Shown: positions 22,581 through 36,000 of the stretch, piece by piece
Numbering within the stretch: the first letter of the stretch is position 1
Layout: every line of letters starts with the position of its first letter
Assembly (NCBI RefSeq): GCF_030684315.1
Contig: NC_081391.1
Span: 13,555,342 to 13,619,341, forward strand
Reading direction: 5' to 3'
DNA length: 64,000 nucleotides
Source of the DNA: Stegostoma tigrinum
Lineage: Eukaryota
The notes under the pieces: model-generated
The model's input: only the letters and a program-made list of their open reading frames with translations
Databases searched by the model: none
What the model was told of the DNA's origin: nothing
Program-made: the position numbers and the translations under genes

Positions 22581-24378
22581 ATCATTTATGATCTTGCTTA
22601 TTGTCCATCATTCAGAGCACTGGATATTTTGGGAAATGTCTTATTGAGCTTGAAGGCAGTTCTCTTTCTGTAATTTGGCTGACCCAATTACTAATTGGAC
22701 ATGAAAACAACCTTTCAATGGATGTATTTACTCACTCTCGATCATTGCACAGTAACTAGACGGACTTCCTTTTTCTCATGACACAGGAGACTCGAGACTT
22801 TCCCCTCTAAGTAGGATGAGGTTGGTGTTTCCCCAATTGTGGGGTGGAAAATCTTCCAGAGGTCAATTAGTACACTTCTGGATACTCTAGGTTCAATTGT
22901 CGATCAGAACTTGTCTTCCTTTTTGAGACAGGAAGTTCCCGTACCTGCTCGAAGGGATAAACCAGACGCCCATTCCATAGGATGTGGGATATCTACGTTC
23001 AATGCCAGGTTTCCCTTCCTACAGGCTCCCCTCAGTCACCACGAGCAATGAGATTTGTCACTCGGACGATAATCTAATGGGAAGACAAGTCTGTGATTTG
23101 GAGGCTGGATCAGTTGACAAAATGCTGGCGGAAGTAGATATATCAAGTTCTGCTCTAAATCCAGTTGCAGGAACCAGCTAAGTTAGGAAAGACACAGGCT
23201 TGACTCATCTGGTGTAACCTCCCCAGTGAGGCCCTACCATGACCAGTATTTTCTATTCTCAGCGTTGTTGTTTTTGGTCTCCTGTGGATGTAGCCTAGGG
23301 ATCTTGGAGCCGGTTATGGATCAAAGCAGGACCAGCACTGGAGGCCTGTGACCTTCTCTTTCTCCCCATCTCTTGTTCCAGCCAACTGCAGTTGCACCCC
23401 CTACCCGGTTAAATCCCTCTTGACATTTCTGAGGGAGGGTGGCTGGACTCACTGTAGGTTGGCTTTTTCATTCCTCCATCTGAGTAACATCGACCGCTCC
23501 ATCTTTGCTCAAGAAGGAGTCAGTTCACACTGGGGCTGAGCTTTTCCCAAGAGCAATCCAAAATTGTCTTTCATGTGCCATCCTCCCCTTCTTCCTCCTC
23601 CTTTCTCCACCACACCCCACTTCTCTCCCAGCATTCACTCCAACAAGCTACCCAGCCCAGATCTGGGAAAACTCAGCCCAAACGTTCACAGAAGCCATTT
23701 ACCAAGAGGTCAGCTGGAATTCCCCTGATCTGTATGGGATTACAATGTCTGCTCTCGATGCTAACAACAGGAAGTTGTAGTTTTTGCTGTAGAATCCCTC
23801 AATGCGGGCAGATGCCATTCAGCTGATTAAATTTGTAATGACCTACTGAGCAACCTCCTGCTCAGGGACACCCTGTTCCCTTAATCCCACATTTCCCATG
23901 GCTAATCTAACAAATCCGAATGCCCCTTGTCACTGTCAGCAATTATCTTTGCCAATCGACTTACTCTGCAGGCCATTGGACGAGGGGAGGGAGTCGGAGC
24001 AGATGGTGGAAACCCATGCAGACACAGGGAGAATGTGCAAACTCCACTCATGTTGCCAAAGGCTCGAATTGAACCAGAGTCCCTGTGGCTGTGACGTAAC
24101 AGTGTTAACCACTGAGCCCCCATCACGCCCAAAAGTACCAAACAAAAGGGGGAGGCTGTTGCACAGTCATCAAGTCGTACATCATGGAAATAGACTCTTC
24201 TGCCCACACAGTCCTTACACACCAGGTTTCCAAAATTCTGTAGTGCCATTTGGCCCATCTTCCTCGAAGCCATTCCTTCCCCCATAAGTGTCCAAATGTC
24301 TTATCAAAGTGGTAATTATACGTCTATTTTATTCTCATTTTCAGCTTGATAAACTTATACAATTTGTTCTTGCACAGG

Positions 24379-24559
24379 AGGTCAAAGGTCATTCAGCAAT
24401 TCCATCATCCACCAGTTGTCAATTCTGGTTTCTGGATCCAATTCCCATCCTGCACTGATTGGACGTGGCAACTGATCAATTGATTAACAAGAGTGATTGG
24501 CCATCACTGATGATGTCATTTCCTGCTCAAAAAATGAGGGTCTTCTCCTGGAGTATAAA
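24379..24559 (+). promoter_or_regulatory. Proximal promoter of ferritin copy D
   Basis: Perfect DR1 24379-24391, two ATTGG, ATCAATTGAT, TGATGTCA, TATAAA 24554-24559. Confidence 0.75.
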
Positions 24560-24656
24560 TAGAGCCCAATGGCATTGCTATTTTAGGTGTAGCTGATTTT
24601 CTTTCTATATTTATAATTTGGTTTTGTTGGATAAGGAAAGCTGTTTCTATCACAAA

Positions 24657-27600
24657 ATGGCCTCCCAGATCAGTCAGAACTATCACCAGGATTGTGAAGC
24701 TGCTGTCAACAAGCAGATTAATGTGGAGCTCACTGCCTCCTATCTCTATCAGTCTTTGGTGAGTGCTGTCCCTGTGGGGTTGGAGTTACTTCTGTTATGA
24801 AGTGAACTGTTTTTTTTTAAAACAAACTAGATTAATACTCTTGTATAATAAAATGTGAGGCTGGATGAACACAGCAGGCCAAGCAGCATCTCAGGAGCAC
24901 ACGTTTAGCTTTTGTGCTCCTGAGATGCTGCTTGGCCTGCTGTGTTCATCCAGCCTCACATTTCATTATCTTGGAATTCTCCAGCATCTGCAGTTCCCAT
25001 TATCTTTAACACTCTTGTAGACTTGTTTGTTTTTTTTTTGTATCTCTCTTAGCTATTTCTTGATTCAGCGTAAATGTGGTGACAATGGGATATGATACTG
25101 ATATGCAGCAACTGAGGCCCCAGTTGTCTCAATGATATATGGAGGGTGAAGCATCTTGTGATTTATCTTAAAATTCCTTTTTGGGCTGTGATTGCCTATA
25201 ACTGGCTGTGGCTCTCCATAATTTTCTAAACTACTGTCAAGCTTTGATCCAGATAACCATTGGCTAACTACCTTTTTAAATCTGCCTTGATGTATCTGCT
25301 TTAATTTTGTGCATGTAAATAAACAAACATACTGGTTTTGGTATTTACAATAAGGTGTTGTAGTAATTTGACAAATCAGATTTTTTTAAGCTGAACTGAA
25401 GTCCTTGAGGTAAGACAAGCTGCTCCCTGCTTAAGTAGGTCTCCGATATTATTTTGGCTTTCTGTGCTCTATATCATGAAGTGGGTTTGATCCATCACTT
25501 CACAACCTATAGAAAGTTGACTTGTTATAGGTGCCTGCCCCCCCCGACCCCCCCGCCCCCAAAAGGGGGCTGCTGGAACATGCTGAGGCTATTGACCCAG
25601 AGGTGAAGAAATAAATGTTCTTCCTTTACCATTTAACCAGATAAAGAAACAAACTGGCTCCTCCCACCATGTGGTGGTGCCCCTGTGCCCTTCCCAGGAG
25701 TAGAATGTGTTCAGAAGGTGTTGAGGTCCCCTTGGTGAGTGCTGCAGGGGACCTGGTAGATAATGGACCCTGAAAGGAGGTGGTGAATGCAGTCCCCACG
25801 AAGTGGGCTGCTCTGTCCTGGATGGTGTCTGCTTCTTGCACGTTGCAGCTCCACTTTTCTCCAGACACATGGAGAATATTCATCACTCTCTGGGCTTGTG
25901 CCTATTGGAAGGAAGTCCTATCTAGGGACATGAGGATAAAGTCCCTATAACTACCTTTTTGGGAGGTGGGAATAGCTTTAACTAGTGAACCAATTGTTGG
26001 GTTTTAGTCACTGACCACTGTCCCAACTCAATAGGGAATCTTGTGTGCTGATAATAAAATCCCCACTATTCTTCACCTTCTACAACTTAACTACCCAATT
26101 AAACCACTTTTTTAACTTTTAGTTTGTATTTGAGGATTAAACTAACTTCTCACCAGGATTCTACCAAAGAACAACTTCTTCTTTTGATGTCAATAGACTG
26201 TTCCTAATCAGCAGTAACTTGTTGGATTGTGAATCTCAGTTGAAAAGTGAGTGAAATGAGTGGGGAAAACAATAGTTTAGCCTCTTGGAATAAGCTAAAT
26301 TGAGCTCTCCAGCTTTGAACAAGTCAATAATCTATAGGTCACACAGTCCTGCAGATACCATTAGGTCTCCTGAACATTTGATCTTGTTTCAGTTGTGAAT
26401 TTTAATGCTTTGCTTTGCAAGCTTCTGGCAACCTGAGTGCATGGCATAAACAAATGTGATAAACTATTGCTGCAACAAGCCAAAGGCTGTCACTGGGCAG
26501 GCTCTCCTTTAGCACCAAGATTCTCCTAATCGCCCTCATTCTCCTGCATACTGCAAACAGCATCTCTTGTAGAGCTGCTTTATGTAAAAAAAAATACAGT
26601 ACATCTGATCCAATTGGTTGCAGAAGACCTGTACCTACCAGCTATATTAATGTCCAGCATCTGCATGTTACTCTAGCACCAGGGGAGACATGTAATGACT
26701 GGAAGTTGCCTGACCCTGTGCACATCCTGCATTCCAGCTCCTGGCACTTGTTTAAACCCTATTCAGTTACCACTTCCATCCATTTCTGGAGGCTAGATGG
26801 TAGAAATGTGCTTTCAGCTTTTCTCTCCAGGCTGTGCCAGACACCCCCCCCCAAACAATTCAGCAGGGTTTACAAACCAAAACACTGAATTTGCATCTTA
26901 CGTGGAAGAAGCTGGGGTTGTTTGGTTTCCTCCAATTAAAGGAGCTGCTGGCTAATTTTGCAACACCATTAGTGAACATTGTAAGGTGTCAACAATTTTC
27001 AGCTGATTGAATCATTAGTTTGCTTTAGACTAAACCAGTCCTCCAGTTCTGAGCATGAGAAATGGGGTCAATGATGTGTTTAATGGGCTTTAACATGTTA
27101 TCTCCCTTCTAGATGTCCTACTTTGACCGGGATGATGTTGCCCTCACCCATGTCTCCCGGTTCTTCAAAGATCAGTCCCAGGAGAAGCAGGAACATGCAG
27201 AGAAGCTGCTGAAATTCCAGAATCAGCGTGGAGGCAGAGTCCTCCTCCAGGATGTGAAGGTTGGAGTTTGGGAGGGGGGCATGGTGTGGTGTGCAGGAAT
27301 GGTAGCTCATGGTGTTTTCTGTTAGTAGTGACAAGATTTTCATGTGGTAAAGGATGTGAAGGTTGGAGTTGGAGAAGGCAGGCAGTGGGGAGGAGATGTG
27401 AGAAATGGCTGCTTATGGTGTGGTTTCATGTCCTGAAAGAAAGTGAAAACTGTTTTGTTTGGCTCCCCTCCTTTTGATGAAAAGGAAAGAAATCCTAGAA
27501 ACACGCCTCTTGGCTCCCCTCCACCTGCTGCTTCTCCACCCCCCCCCCAACCCCGCCCCCCCACACCACCCCACCCCATGCTGACCCGATAAACACCAAA

Positions 27601-29516
27601 CCACATTAATCCCATTTACTGCACTTGGTCTACAGCCCCCATGGCATTGGTAGTTGTCTAGAAGCTGCTTAAATATTGCAGCAGGAGATGCCTCCCCCAC
27701 TGCCCCACCCCCCCCATATTATTTTTCCACTACCCTCTGGGCAAAGGATTCCTCTAACCTGCTGACTCCTCACATCAGTGCCCTCTGGTCTTAATGTCTC
27801 TTTCTCCCCACCCCCTCATAGCAGACACTCCCCATCTACTATCAAGACTCCACACTAATCAAATGCCATCACATAAACATCTCAACTGACTTCACTCTGA
27901 GGATTGGAGTGAGAAATCTAATCTCTCCTTTTAATGGATTTTTCAGTCTTGGGGCAACATCCTGGTGACCCTTCCAGTGCCATTGTGGCTCTGGTCACCA
28001 CACAGTATTCCACCTTTGCATGGCCAATGCTGCAAAGTTTGTGACAAGACTGGAGTACCTGTACTGCGCCCCAAGAAATGGGGAAGGGCATTGTGGAAGC
28101 CAACTTCCCCACCTGTCTACACTTATGGATCCTTGAAATATCTCTAGTCTTGTTCTTTTGGTTCCTTTTATTGTCAACATATTGCTGTCCCTTCAATGAA
28201 TTAAATAGTAGTGATGCTTTTGATCATTCAGGTCAGTCCGAGATGAAGCCATAAGCACAAGTGGGACTTCAACCTGGGCCTATGCTCCAAACCTAGGGAC
28301 AGTACCACTGCTTAACGAGCCCTGGGATTAAGTTGTGAATATCTTCCTTGGGATGCCATCAGATGGGCACTGACAATTCTGTGCAAACATAACTCTTATC
28401 CCCACTATGACCTGGTTGTGAATTGACTTTCCTTTCGGAAGAAGCAAATAGGGCTAGGTGAAAGCAATTCCTTAAATAACTGATCTGTTCTTCCTAAGGA
28501 CTTCAGGGATGGCGGTGGTTAGCACAACTGCATCAGTGCTTGGGGCACAAGCTTAATTCTGGAGTTGACATGTTCACCACATCTCTACATAGGCTTCCTC
28601 CCACAGTCCAAAGATGTGCAGGGTAGGATAGGGCATGAAAAATGCAGGATTACATGGCTGGGGCTAGGACCAGGTTGGATGCTCTTCAGATGGTCATGAG
28701 TGGGCAGAATGGCCTGATGCATGCTGCAGGGATGTTGTTTCTGAGGCTTACCTGTCCTTCTTTCCATCCTCAGAAGCCAGAGAGGGATGAGTGGGCAACA
28801 GTCTGCAGGCGCTGCAGGTTGCCCTGGATCTGGAGAAGAATGTGAACCAGAGTTTGCTGGATCTACACCAACTCTCCACGGCCCAGACTGACCCTCATGT
28901 AAGCTTCACCACTTCATTCTCATCACTGCGAGACCCTCAGGGTAACACTTCATTGGTTGGTCTGTGTGGATTGGAAATTCACAGGTGTGCACTGATCACT
29001 TTGGGTCCATGCTGCTGAGCAGTTGTTACATGGTGATCAGTAATGAAGTGAAATGGGAGTTTGGAAGGCAATCCATTGGGAGTGATGAAGTGATATTGGC
29101 CATTGAATTCCCATTCTCACTTGGGAGCATTACAGTGGAATGATCATTGTCCATCACCATCCAACTCAGCTCCACTTCACAAGCAGCAAGATGGAGCAGC
29201 TGAAATCCTATTGTCATCACCGACACAGATTTTCCAGGTGTTAGCTAAATTTTCAGGGCTGTCTGGAACTAGTATGGTAAAGCCTGTTTTTTTCAGTGGG
29301 AATTCTGAAATTGTCTTGGATAGTGTTAATGCACCCAGTTGTCATATTCCTCTGTTGCAGCTGTGTGACTTCCTGGAGACTCACTATTTGGATGAGGAGG
29401 TGGAGATCATCAAGCAACTCGGGGACTACATCACCAACCTGAAGCGCCTGGGAGCCCCTGAGAATGGGATGGGAGAGTACCTGTTTGACAGGCTCTCCCT
29501 GGAGGACAGCAGTTAG
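24657..29516 (+). pseudogene. Ferritin copy D with 1-nt frameshift in exon 3 (pseudogene or assembly error)
   Basis: Exons 24657-24758, 27113-27259, 28774-28898 (125 nt instead of 126), 29361-29516. gagtgggcaac replaces gagtggggtaac, giving [23 protein letters not shown] with a stop at 28845. Confidence 0.75.
24846..25005. mobile_element. Palindromic Penelope-derived mini-element in intron 1 of copy D
   Basis: Near-perfect inverted arms with the loop deleted, flanked by ttaatactcttgta and ttaacactcttgta (14 bp). Confidence 0.85.
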
Positions 29517-30282
29517 TGTGGCCTGGAGTACTGTCTGCTTGGTCTGAATGCATTCCCCACTTCACCCTGGACAACCTGTCTCCTTCCAAGGAGAAGGGAC
29601 TTTTGTAGCAAAGAATGTAATGGCTGTACCAGCTAAATGGAAATGAATAAAATGATGTGTTGATCTTGCTTATTGTCCATCATTCAGAGCTCTGAATACT
29701 TTGGGTGATAGCTCTTGCTTGAAGCCAATTCGTTTTCTGTCATTTGATTGGTCCAATTTCTAATTGGATTAGGCAACCCTTCACAGAATAGCTCACTATC
29801 CCCACATTAGAATGTAACTCGATGGAGTGTTTTTTTTGGTTAGTCCTGTGGAAATTGAAGGTGTTTCTCCTCCAAATAGGATAAGGTTGGAATTTGTCAA
29901 TTGTGGCATTGGCTTTCTTCTAGAGGACAATTAGTGCACTTCTGGAGATGGTGGGTTCAACTGTAGCTCAAAGCAATTGTCTTCCTCTGGTGACAGGAAG
30001 TTCCCACACCTTCTAAATAGACTTCTCTACCCAGCCTGATAGAATTTGGGATAGTGGTGTTCAATTGCACATTTCCCTTAATCTCTTCCCCGCCTCAGCC
30101 ATCCTGCGTACTCAATTATTGCCTGAATGATGACAGCAACACAAAGTGAAGACAGCCCTTTATCTACTGACCCAGCTGCCTGATCACCAAGGTCTAAAGG
30201 AAGAGGCCCAGCAGGCTCTGATTTCAATCCAGCTGGCGGAAGCAGCAGAGGTGTGAAACAATCTCAACTGCCTGGTATATCT

Positions 30283-30467
30283 GAGATAATGGGAACTGCA
30301 GATGCTGGAGATTCCAAGATAATAAAATGTGAGGCTGGATGAACACAGCAGGCCAAGCAGCATCTCAGGAGCACAGGCTCTGATGAAGGGTCTAGGCCCG
30401 AAACGTCAGCTTTTGTGCTCCTGAGATGCTGCTTGGCCTGCTGTGTTCATCCAGCCTCACATTTTAT
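30283..30467. mobile_element. Young palindromic Penelope-derived mini-element with perfect 14-bp target duplication
   Basis: tgcctggtatatct at 30269-30282 and 30468-30481. The paralogous site at about 54653-54666 is empty. Confidence 0.9.
30371..30420 (+). ncRNA. Minimal type I hammerhead ribozyme motif (PLE-type)
   Basis: CUGAUGA (30380-86), stem II GGG-UCUAGG-CCC, GAAA (30400-03), palindromic ACGU stem III, GUC cleavage triplet (30405-07), stem I ggcu/agcu. Confidence 0.7.
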
Positions 30468-32778
30468 TGCCTGGTATATCTCTTCTTTTTTTTTTTTTTC
30501 CCCCCCATTGGGCCCTACCCTGACCAATAAACACTATATTCTCAGTATTGTTACTTTTGGTTTCACCATCCCAAACTGTGGCTGGAGCTCTTTCTCTTCC
30601 GCTTCTCCCCACTTCGCTCACCCCGCCCTCCCCCCACCCGACCTTTTCTATCCACGTGCCCCACCAGCCTAAACATTCACCACAGCCCCTTTCCCTGGGA
30701 GTCAGCTCAAGACGTTCACCTGAACTGTACTGGATTATAATGTAGGGCCTCATTGCTGCTTACAGCAGGATAACAGGGACCTGGGAAGAACACAGCAATG
30801 CACTTGGTTAAATGCTGCTGTTTGATTGGCTCTTGTTGCTAATGCCAGCATTGAGCACACTAAGCTGCTCCCTTGGTTCCTCTGAGCTTTCCCCCATGGT
30901 GAACATTACTCCTGATGCAGGTTGATTGGGTGAAATCACATTGAAGGAGCAAAGTGGCTCGGAGAGGAGACATGGAGATGCTGACTTTCCTTTACGGCTG
31001 CTTCTTTTATCTTTCAAGGTGTCAGAGATCATGGGTTCGTGAGGGGGCGATCTGAGACATCCTGAGGATTGTTCCAGGGAGTTTTGTAGCGGGTGTACAC
31101 TGCAGCCTTCATCGAGGTTGGCGGGGGGGGTGCTGCAGAGTCAAAAGGCACTCAACATATTTGTTCCAACCTCATAAAGCAATTTATTTTTGGTGAAAAT
31201 AAGTCTAGGCTACAGTAACCCTCAAGTGCAGGAAGGGACCATTAGGCCCATTAAATCTGCATAGACCTTCTGAACAGCATCCTCCTTAGACCCAACCCCT
31301 TTGCCTTAACTCCACATTCCCCATGGTTATTCGACCAAGCCTGCATGCCCCTGCTCACTATCGACAATCTGCAAATCGTCGGGCTGTGTGAGGAAACTCC
31401 AGCACCTGGAGGAAATCCACGCAGTCCATCGCCCAGGGGTAGAATCGAACCTGGGTCCCTGGCACTGAGGCGCCAAAACATTCTAAAGTACCAAAGGAAA
31501 GGAATACACTGCGGCAAACTACGCCATGGGAATAGACTCTGCAGCGCAGCCCGAACTTGCAGACCAGGTTTTCATAAACTGTGTAGTGCCATTTGCCTAC
31601 GTTTGGCCCATCTTTCTCTAAACCGTTCCTTTCCATGTAAATCTCCAAATGTCACTTAAATGTTGTAATTCTATCCACCTCTACCACTTCCTCTGGCAGC
31701 TCGTTCCATACACGCAACACCCTCTGTGTGACAATGTTGTCACTCACGCCCCTTTTAAATCTTGCCCCTCTCCCCTCAAACCGGTGCCCTCTAGTTTTGG
31801 AACCCCCCTACCCTGTCCCAGCATGCTTTTTATATACAGTCAATCTTGAGTGTGCCAATGGCAAGGCTACATTTAGTGCTCAGCAACTGTTACACTCCAG
31901 GAGGTGGTGATGAGCTGCTTATTACAGTCCACCTGGTGTCGGAGAGACCGGAATGATGCTGCTGCTGCTGCTGTTGCTGAGGAGGGGCTCCTGGGATTTT
32001 CATTCACAAACAGGGATAGTGTTCCAAGTCAGGATGGTGACAGAGTTACATGGAGCTGCTTGAGTGTCGTTGGTGCTGCCTCCAGCGAGAACATTGTAAA
32101 CTAATTCCAGCACAACTCCCAACTTCAGCCTTATTGAGGGTGGGCAGGTTTTGGAAACTCAGGAGTTGAGTACTTCCTGACAGAATTCCCAGCATCTGAA
32201 TTCCCAGTTTCTGAGCTGTACCATCGAGAGAACGCAATGTAAACTGAACCAGAAATTCTTCACTTGGAAACATGCTGGGGTGAATCACTAGTTCTACTTC
32301 AAACAACGAAAACGAAACTGGGAGACAGAAATGTTCAACGTGCGATACATTTCTAGCAGCAACTGAGGCATAGAGGCCTGAGGCCTACTGTGTAGAAGAG
32401 GCACTCAGCACATTTAGCGTTTTGCTTTTCAAACTGGGCTTCAAGGTCAAGGTCAGGGAGATCACATCAGATGCAGAATGGATCCACAAAGTACATCAGT
32501 TGCCTGTTTTAGATGATCCAAAAGCACATTATTTCTGTTGCTGCACAGAAATAGGAAAATGTTCAGATCAACCAAATCGAGCCATTTTTCAAAGAGCTCC
32601 AACACCAACGTTCAAAAATTATGACGACTAATCCCTCAGAATAGCAATCCGACAGAATTCTGCAAATCTGTGATGAGTGTGTCTTAACGCACAACCTCAG
32701 ATAGAAAAGTGAAGTTTTAGAGTATATTTTATTCTCATTTTCAGGGAGATGTCCTTCCAGAATTTGCACTTGTGCGGG

Positions 32779-32965
32779 AGGTCAAAGGTCATTTCAGCAA
32801 TTTCATCATCAACCAGTTGTCAATTCTGATTGGTTTTTTGACCCGATTCCCATCCTGCGCTGATTGGATGTGGCAGCTGATCAATTGATTAACAAGAGTG
32901 TTTGGCCATCACTGATGATCTCATTTCCTGCTTCATAAAATGAGTGTTGGCTCCTGGAGTATAAA
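32779..32965 (+). promoter_or_regulatory. Proximal promoter of ferritin copy E (variant)
   Basis: Perfect DR1 32779-32791, ATTGG, ATCAATTGAT, TATAAA 32960-32965. The second CCAAT and the TGATGTCA are altered (gtgtttggcc, tgatctca). Confidence 0.7.
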
Positions 32966-33053
32966 TAGAGTCCCACGGGAGGCATGTTTACTGTTGCTCT
33001 TAACTTTGTCATTTTTGTGGTGAGGAAAATAAAGCAAGTGTTTCCTTTATAAG

Positions 33054-36000
33054 ATGGCCTCTCAGATTAGTCAGAACTATCACCAGGATTGTGAAGCTGC
33101 TGTCAACAAGCAGATTAATGTGGAGCTCACTGCCTCCTATCTCTATCAGTCTTTGGTGAGTGGAGTCTCTGTTGGGTGAAACATACTTCTGTTCTGTTGA
33201 AGTGAACTCTTCCCCTTGGATGTAATTAAGTTGTCTATCTTATAGACTGAGTTTTGTGGCTCCTACCCCTTTCTCAATGCAGGATGAGTGTGATGTTATT
33301 ATAACAATAGTTTGGTGCCTAATGTTACTGTAACTTGGGTCCCAGTTGGTTGTCAGTGAGATGTGGAGTGTTCTTGTAGTTACTTGCCTGTCCCATGATG
33401 GTGCTGTGACTGGTGGTAATTATCGCTTCCTGTGACTGTTTGAAACTTGAGGGAACTAATTTAAAAATGAATTGGGACTCACCATTGTGGGAATGGAAGC
33501 ACCATCAGCTAGTCATTGCTTTTCTTTTCCCTCTTGTATCCTTGTTTCTATTTGAATCTTGTGGGGATCTGAAGTAAACCTGCCAATTGATACTGAGAAT
33601 CTTGGTTTCCTATTGCAATCAGCTTAGAATAGGCTTGTTCTAGCCCTGCAGAGCGGGGCTGAGAGGTGGCAAATGGAGTTTAATGCAGTCAAGTGTGAGC
33701 TGATGCACTGTGTTAGGAGTAACCGGAAGGCAAAGTACAGGGCTGATGGTAAGATTCTTGGTAGTGTAGATGAGCAGAGAGATCTGTGTCGATAGGTAGA
33801 CACGGATTGTTCAAAGTTGCCACCCAGGTTGACAGGGCAATTAAGGCAGTGTTTTGTCTTTTATTAAGAGGATTGAGTTCTGGAACCAAGTGGTTATGGT
33901 GAAGCTATCCAAAAACTCTGGTGCATACAGTTCTGGTCACTGCATTATAAGGATGTGAAGCTTTGGAAAGGGTGTAGAGGAGATCTGCTAGGATGTTTCC
34001 TGGTATGGAAGGAACATCTTATGAGGAAAGGCTGAGGGACTTGAGGCTCTCTTCATTAGAGAGAAGAAGGTTGAGAGGTGACTTAATTGAAACATATAAA
34101 ATAATCAGAGGGCTAGTTCGGGTGGATAGGGAGAGCCTTTTTCCTAGATGGTGATGGTGAGCATGAGGTGGGGTAGCTTTAAATTGAGGGCTGATAAATA
34201 TAGGACAGATGTCAGAGGTAGTTTCTTTACTCAGTCAGGGAATGCAATGCTTTGCCTGTGACAGTAGTAGATTTGCCCACTTTAGGTACACTTAAGTCAT
34301 CATTGGATAAGCAAATGGGCGTACATGGAATAGTGTAGGTTAGATGGGCTTGAGATCAGTATGACAAGTCGGCACAACATCAAGGGCTGAAGGGCCTGCA
34401 CTTGGCTGTTATGTTCTATGCTCAGATTAAACTGGGTGAGGTTGTGACTCTTATCTGATTCAGCAGATCTCCATTTGAAATCTACCTTGCTTTTCTTCAT
34501 ACTCATGAGGTGGGTGTGGGCTGTCTGTATGTCAAGTGTTGGAGCTTTTCAAAGGCACAGCACTGCCATGGGGCTGAGAATGTACTGACCCAGTGACTCT
34601 GGTAAAAAGTTTGTGCCCGTTGTATTTGGCCTGATTCTAAACTAACTGGACCCTCTTTCCCCAGGTGGGGTGCTTGTGCCCTTCCAAGGGGTAGAAGGTG
34701 TTTACGTAACCTTGGTGTTTGTTGCAGGGTGCTCTCTGGGCTTGTCCCTGTCAGCAGGAAGTCCCCCTCCTGATGAGGATCAAGCCCCTGTCAGCCCCAG
34801 TTTGGGAGGGGGAACAGCTTTCATTGAGCCAGCAGTTGGGTTTTAATCACTGACCCATTGTCCCAACACACCTTGTAAGCATGTGCCAGGAATGAAATCC
34901 TTACTATTCTACATCTTCTAACTGCACATTTAAATCGCAAAGATAAATTGTGCTTGTGTTTGCATTTGAGAATTGAAGCAACTTTTTTCAGCAGGATTTG
35001 TAAGAATGTGCTTGTTACTGGCTGCTTCCAATAGCAGACCTGCTAAACCTCAATACATTGAATTGTGAACATCCTGGTTTAGAAATCTACAGGACTTTGC
35101 CTGTTGGATTAAGTCAACAGTGGTTTTTCCAGGTTAATGAGGGATCTTGTCTGGAGAGTAGTTGATCTGCGGATCACTGTCATATTTGTCATGTGATCAG
35201 TTTGTTTTGTCAGTCTTTGTTTCATGTGTAATGGTACAAGTTGCTAGCAGTCTGAGTCAGTGCAGCTGTTTTAGATGCAACAATAAACTGTTGCAGTAAC
35301 AACCCAAAGGCTGTCCTTAGGCAGGCTTTCCTTGGCAGATTCTTGGAGCTAACATCCTTCATTCATCTCCTCCTCTCCCCCCCCCCCCCAGCCACCCCAA
35401 TACTGCAGTTCTTGTCAAACTAATACATACAGTGCATCCAATTGCATTGATCCTGACTCAGCAGAAAATGTGCTTCTTCCAAGCTGTTAATTGCAGTGTC
35501 TAGGATCTGTTTTCTGGCCTTTGCCAAAGCAGCAATACAGTGCCCTGCAGCTGTTCTATTGGTGTACATCCTGCACTCCAGCCCCTGGCATTTCTTGAAA
35601 CCCGATTCAATCAAAGATTTATCCCATTTCTGGTGGAGGTTAATCAGTAAAAACATCAATTCACACTTGTTCTCACCAAATGCTGTGCCAGACCCTCCTG
35701 GGCAATTTGCCTGGAGTTTCAAACCAAAATAAAACACATGGTATTTACAGCTTACTGGAGGAAGCTGGGATTGTTTTGATTTTTCCAATTCAACAGCAAC
35801 TGTTCAAAACTGGGTTCTGAATTGTTAATGCATCAGGTACTTAACAGCTTATTGTCAGTTTGATTTTGAGAATGCTCAACTAGCCCTGTAGTTCTGAACT
35901 GAAATTGGCCCATGACTTGTTAATGGACTTTACCTTGTTCTCCCTTCCAGATGTCCTACTTTGACCGGGACGATGTTGCCCTTCCCCATTTTTCCCAGTT

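Noticed and set aside
27536-27580. C-rich tracts (G-quadruplex-capable on the minus strand), also at 51900-51960 and 39888-39905
   Set aside because: Low-complexity and length-variable between twin copies, with no evidence of function.
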